A program made the position numbers and the translations under genes. A stretch of 63,596 bases of DNA, the filler included, from Octopus bimaculoides (taxonomy: Eukaryota): the NCBI RefSeq assembly GCF_001194135.2. It is 8 parts of 8 records of this genome, joined end to end, with 100 filler letters (N's around TTAATTAATTAA, not from the genome) between each part and the next. Parts side by side here need not be neighbours in the genome. Positions count along the whole stretch, not along the records: positions 60,231 to 63,596 come from NC_069002.1; 7 more parts are not named here. One strand, written 5' to 3'. This document shows positions 60,281 to 63,596 of this stretch, piece by piece; positions within the stretch are counted from its first letter, which is position 1; each line of letters starts with the position of its first letter. A model generated the notes under the pieces. It was not told where the DNA came from. It ran no database searches and saw only the letters and a program-made list of their open reading frames with translations.

Positions 60281-61049
60281 GAGAAAATACAGGAGCATAA
60301 GCGATAACATTCCTTATTGAATCTGGAAAGGTGCAGGACAAGAGTTAACTTCGAAACATTGCAGCTGAAGTTGGAATTTGAATTTAAATAATATATAGCT
60401 TTAGGTGAGCTTCGGATGGAAAAAAAAAATGGAAGGAAGGGGTTAAAAGGAAGGTCCTTCTAATTTAATGACATTAGCAACATCCCAAGACGGTATATTG
60501 GTAATATAGTTAAATTGGAAGGGCCGTTTTCTTTCACCCAAAACATCCTCTCATGTGCATGTTTAACTGAGATTATGTTCACAGGCTGATGCTGTCTAAA
60601 CTGAACTTTGTGCCCTCTGGGGAAGGGAGGTTTGTTAGCTTAAGCGTTATAGAAGATATGAAGTAGGGAGACAGTATCCGGGTATCAAGAACTAAAGAAT
60701 ATTAGATTTCCAGAGTTTCATGGGTTTAGATTCCGATCCATTTGTCTCTAGTGGGGATCAATTTCTATGTTTTATTGGGGGAAAGTAGACCTAAACGCTA
60801 AACCCACAGCATCATCTATCGACCCTAAGGCCTATTTGAATGTTACTAGGAAAGTTAGAGTGCGTCCTATTCACTCTCCGCCATCTCTTGATGGATTCAT
60901 GTTTCTATAAAACTAAATGATAGTTCAACTATGGTTGGTGAAACATGAAAGAAGGGTAGCTGAACAGTTTAGAATTTAATTTTCAAAAGCAGGTTTCATC
61001 TCCGTAATAGATGAGTGATTCAACTCACTCCCATCATCCAGGTGAAATA

Positions 61050-61412
61050 CCACTAAGCATTTTGTCCGGCCTGCTAACGATTTTGCCAGATCGCTACCTT
61101 ATAATGATGATAATCCTTTTTACTGAAGGCACAAGGCCTGAAATTTGAGGGGAGGGGACTAGTCGATTACATCGACCCCAGTGTTTCACTGGTACTTATT
61201 CTTTTCTACTCTAGGCACAATGCCCGAAATTTTTGGGGAGGGGGCCAGTCGATTAGATCGACGCCAGTACACAACTGGTACTTAATTTATTGACCCCGAA
61301 AGAATGAAAGGCAAAGTAGACCTCGGTAGAATTTGAACTCAGAGCATCGCGATTGCCGAAATGACGTTAAACATTTTTCCCAGCGTGCTAACGATTCGGC
61401 CAGCTCGCCGCT
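61050..61412 (-). mobile_element. tandem family-B SINE fragments and one near-full B2 copy
   Basis: ggcacaaggcctgaaatttgagggg and ggcacaatgcccgaaatttttgggg tails; tttgaactcaga; ccagctcgccgc head. Confidence 0.8.
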
Positions 61413-61477
61413 TTATAATGATGATAATAATGATGATGATGATAATAATAATAATAGCGATAATGTTGATGATAATA

Positions 61478-61513
<36 letters not shown>

Positions 61514-62084
61514 GAGGGAATAAAAGGCCAATTTCACTTCTGCTGGATTTGAACTCAACTTCCATCGGACCGTAAGAAAATACCGCAAAGCATATTTTTT
61601 TTCCGACCCCCTCTACCGATAAAAATAAACCAGTAAGAGCCGAATAAAAATAAAAGGGGAAGTTTCTTGAAGAGTTTTAATAATCAAAACGAGAAGACCA
61701 TCTGCTGCGAAGGACAGTTTTTATTTGAATAACCTTGTATTTAACATCTTTCAGCACTACTCCATCCGCCCCGTTCTCTCTTTGGCAGATAAGGTTAGAG
61801 TGATGACGGGGTTAGTGTGGTGTAGTATGGGATGGGTACTGTCTGAGCCCTGCCCCTACATCCTATCAGTGATATTTTCCCTGATATTACGATTATCATC
61901 AGTGTCTACTTTTAACTAACTCCCACAAGTCTGGCATTTTACATTTCCTTTAGCAAAATTCGGTGAAAGGTATGTATGTATGTATGTATGTATGTATGTA
62001 TGTATGTATGTATGTATGTATGAATGCATGCATGTGTCTGTGTACACATGTATTCATATATATTCCTATATATATGTATATATC

Positions 62085-62472
62085 GGAGGCGCAACGACCC
62101 AGTGGTTAGGGCAGCGGACTCGCGGTCATAGGATCGCGGTTTCGATTCCCAGACCCGGCGTTGTGAGTGTTTTTGGAGCGAAAACACCTAAAGCTCCACG
62201 AGGCTCCGGCAGGGGATGGTGGCGAACCCTGCTGTACTCTTTCACCACAACTTTCTCTCACTCTTTCTTCCTGTTGCTTTTGTGCCTGTAATTCAAAAGG
62301 TCAGCCTTGTCACACTGTGTCACGCTGAATATCCCCGAGAAGTACGTTAAGGGTACACGTGTCTGTGGAGTGCTCAGCCACTTGCACGTTAATTTCACGA
62401 GCAAGCTGTTCCGTTGATCGGATCAACTGGAACCCTCGACGTCGTAAGCGACGGATTGCCAACAACAACAAA
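62085..62472 (+). mobile_element. full-length tRNA-derived SINE (~390 bp) with (AAC)n tail
   Basis: tRNA-like head with A box (cccagtggttagg) and B box (ggtttcgattccc); (aac)n tail; low-complexity TSD-like atatgtatatat at 62072 and 62473. Confidence 0.85.
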
Positions 62473-63307
62473 ATATGTATATATATATATATAGTGTGTG
62501 TAAACAATAGACAGTAACAAAAGTCCAAGGAACATTGACCGTTAATATTTTTAGGTTGACACTCTAAGAAGAATAAATATTATAATGTGAAAGTTATCGA
62601 ATAAATGTATAACGTCTCGAACATACCATGTGCATATGTGTGTATATATCGGTGTATCTTCACTGAAGTATGTCTGTATGCGTTTCCGTCGTCTCAAACT
62701 TTAATATTACATAAATTTGCTTCGTTTCAGGCTTCCTGGTTCAGCAAATTGCGACAGAAACATCGTCTTTGGTGTACTTTACCGGAGTTCACCTTATTTT
62801 CCAACATTCAGAGTCCTGTCGTGCTGTGGAACAAAGCTGTTAACCAAATCATGAGGCCTAAGTACTCTCATTTCGACTAAACATATCGCTCATTCATCAC
62901 TCACACATACTCTTCCTCTTTTTTTTTTAAACCTTTTTTAACCCTGGACCTTATATCCTCTCACCTTTCGTCGTAATCACCTTGTCATTTTTTCTCGCTT
63001 TCGCTTTCAATCTCTCTCTCTCTCTCTACTTTTTTTTTCTGTTCCTCTTTCTCTTACACACGAACATCTTTCTCTCTACAACAATGTTACGCTCGCCATC
63101 GATATCACCAGCGCCACCTTTATCACTACCGCCACCACAGCCACCATCGCCAGTACTTCTAATGCTGTTACAACTGCTACAACGACCACAACTCTCCGCA
63201 CCACAAATAGTGACCTAATTACAATAACCATCAAGACAACCGGCTACCAAACACTGATACCTCTCACCATCACCATCTGGAGTGTTTCGGAGCTACCATT
63301 GGCAAGG

Positions 63308-63469
63308 ATGGCGAATATTGGTGATGGCCGACCTTGCAACGGGATGCCGTGTCTAATGGAGCAAGATGAAGATCCGAAAGAACAAAGCGAGCTGAGTAAA
63401 ACACTTGCTGATTATCAGGCGGCCAGAGAGCGAATAAATAGCAGGTTGCACAAGATCCGTTTAGAGCTG
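63308..63469 (+). CDS. probable first coding exon of a second, unidentified gene (MANIGDGRPCNGMPCLMEQDEDPKEQSELSKTLADYQAARERINSRLHKIRLEL)
   Basis: ATGG start, 54 non-repetitive codons, consensus donor CTG|GTAAGT in phase 0. Confidence 0.6.
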
Positions 63470-63526
63470 GTAAGTAATCGTCCATTTTGACCGCTTGTTC
63501 GCCATTTTGTTATTCTTACACTATCT

Positions 63527-63527
<1 letters not shown>

Positions 63528-63566
<39 letters not shown>

Positions 63567-63596
63567 TGTGTGTGAGTGTGTGTGTGTCTGTGTGTG
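63528..63596. repeat. (TG)n microsatellite
   Basis: Direct inspection. Confidence 0.95.

Noticed and set aside
63380-63469. Resemblance of INSRLHKIRLEL to the ADA2/ADGF N-terminus
   Set aside because: The similarity is too short and weak to name a gene.

Overview
AT-rich, microsatellite-dense eukaryotic DNA from a gappy draft assembly. The SINE/LINE families look like those of Octopus; this is recognition from memory, not a database search. Most short ORFs in the track are microsatellite or N-gap artefacts. The supported content is as follows. (1) A + strand host gene: four splice-phase-compatible exons (34182-34341, 35613-35827, 37920-38076, 40198-40306) encode an unidentified, low-complexity ~214-aa C-terminus ending in ...NYTIV*; weaker upstream exon candidates also exist. 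(2) A probable first coding exon of a second + gene at 63308-63469. (3) Many mobile elements: several tRNA-derived SINE families, an RT-less Dong/R4 element, RTE, CR1-like and I/Jockey-like LINE relics, a Penelope-like GIY-YIG fragment, a Ty3/gypsy pol, an LTR+PBS, a mariner MITE, and a nest of three Tc1/mariner elements. One of the three is full length with perfect 26-bp TIRs, and one is a DD41D relic. The least expected layer is RNA structure. There are minimal type-I hammerhead ribozyme motifs (best at 28683-28724 minus and 46284-46333 plus; weaker at 5586-5623) and a series of long fold-back inverted repeats, two of them beside the splice sites of the host gene's last intron. Seven 100-bp gaps carry an artificial TTAATTAATTAA linker, so adjacency across them is uncertain.
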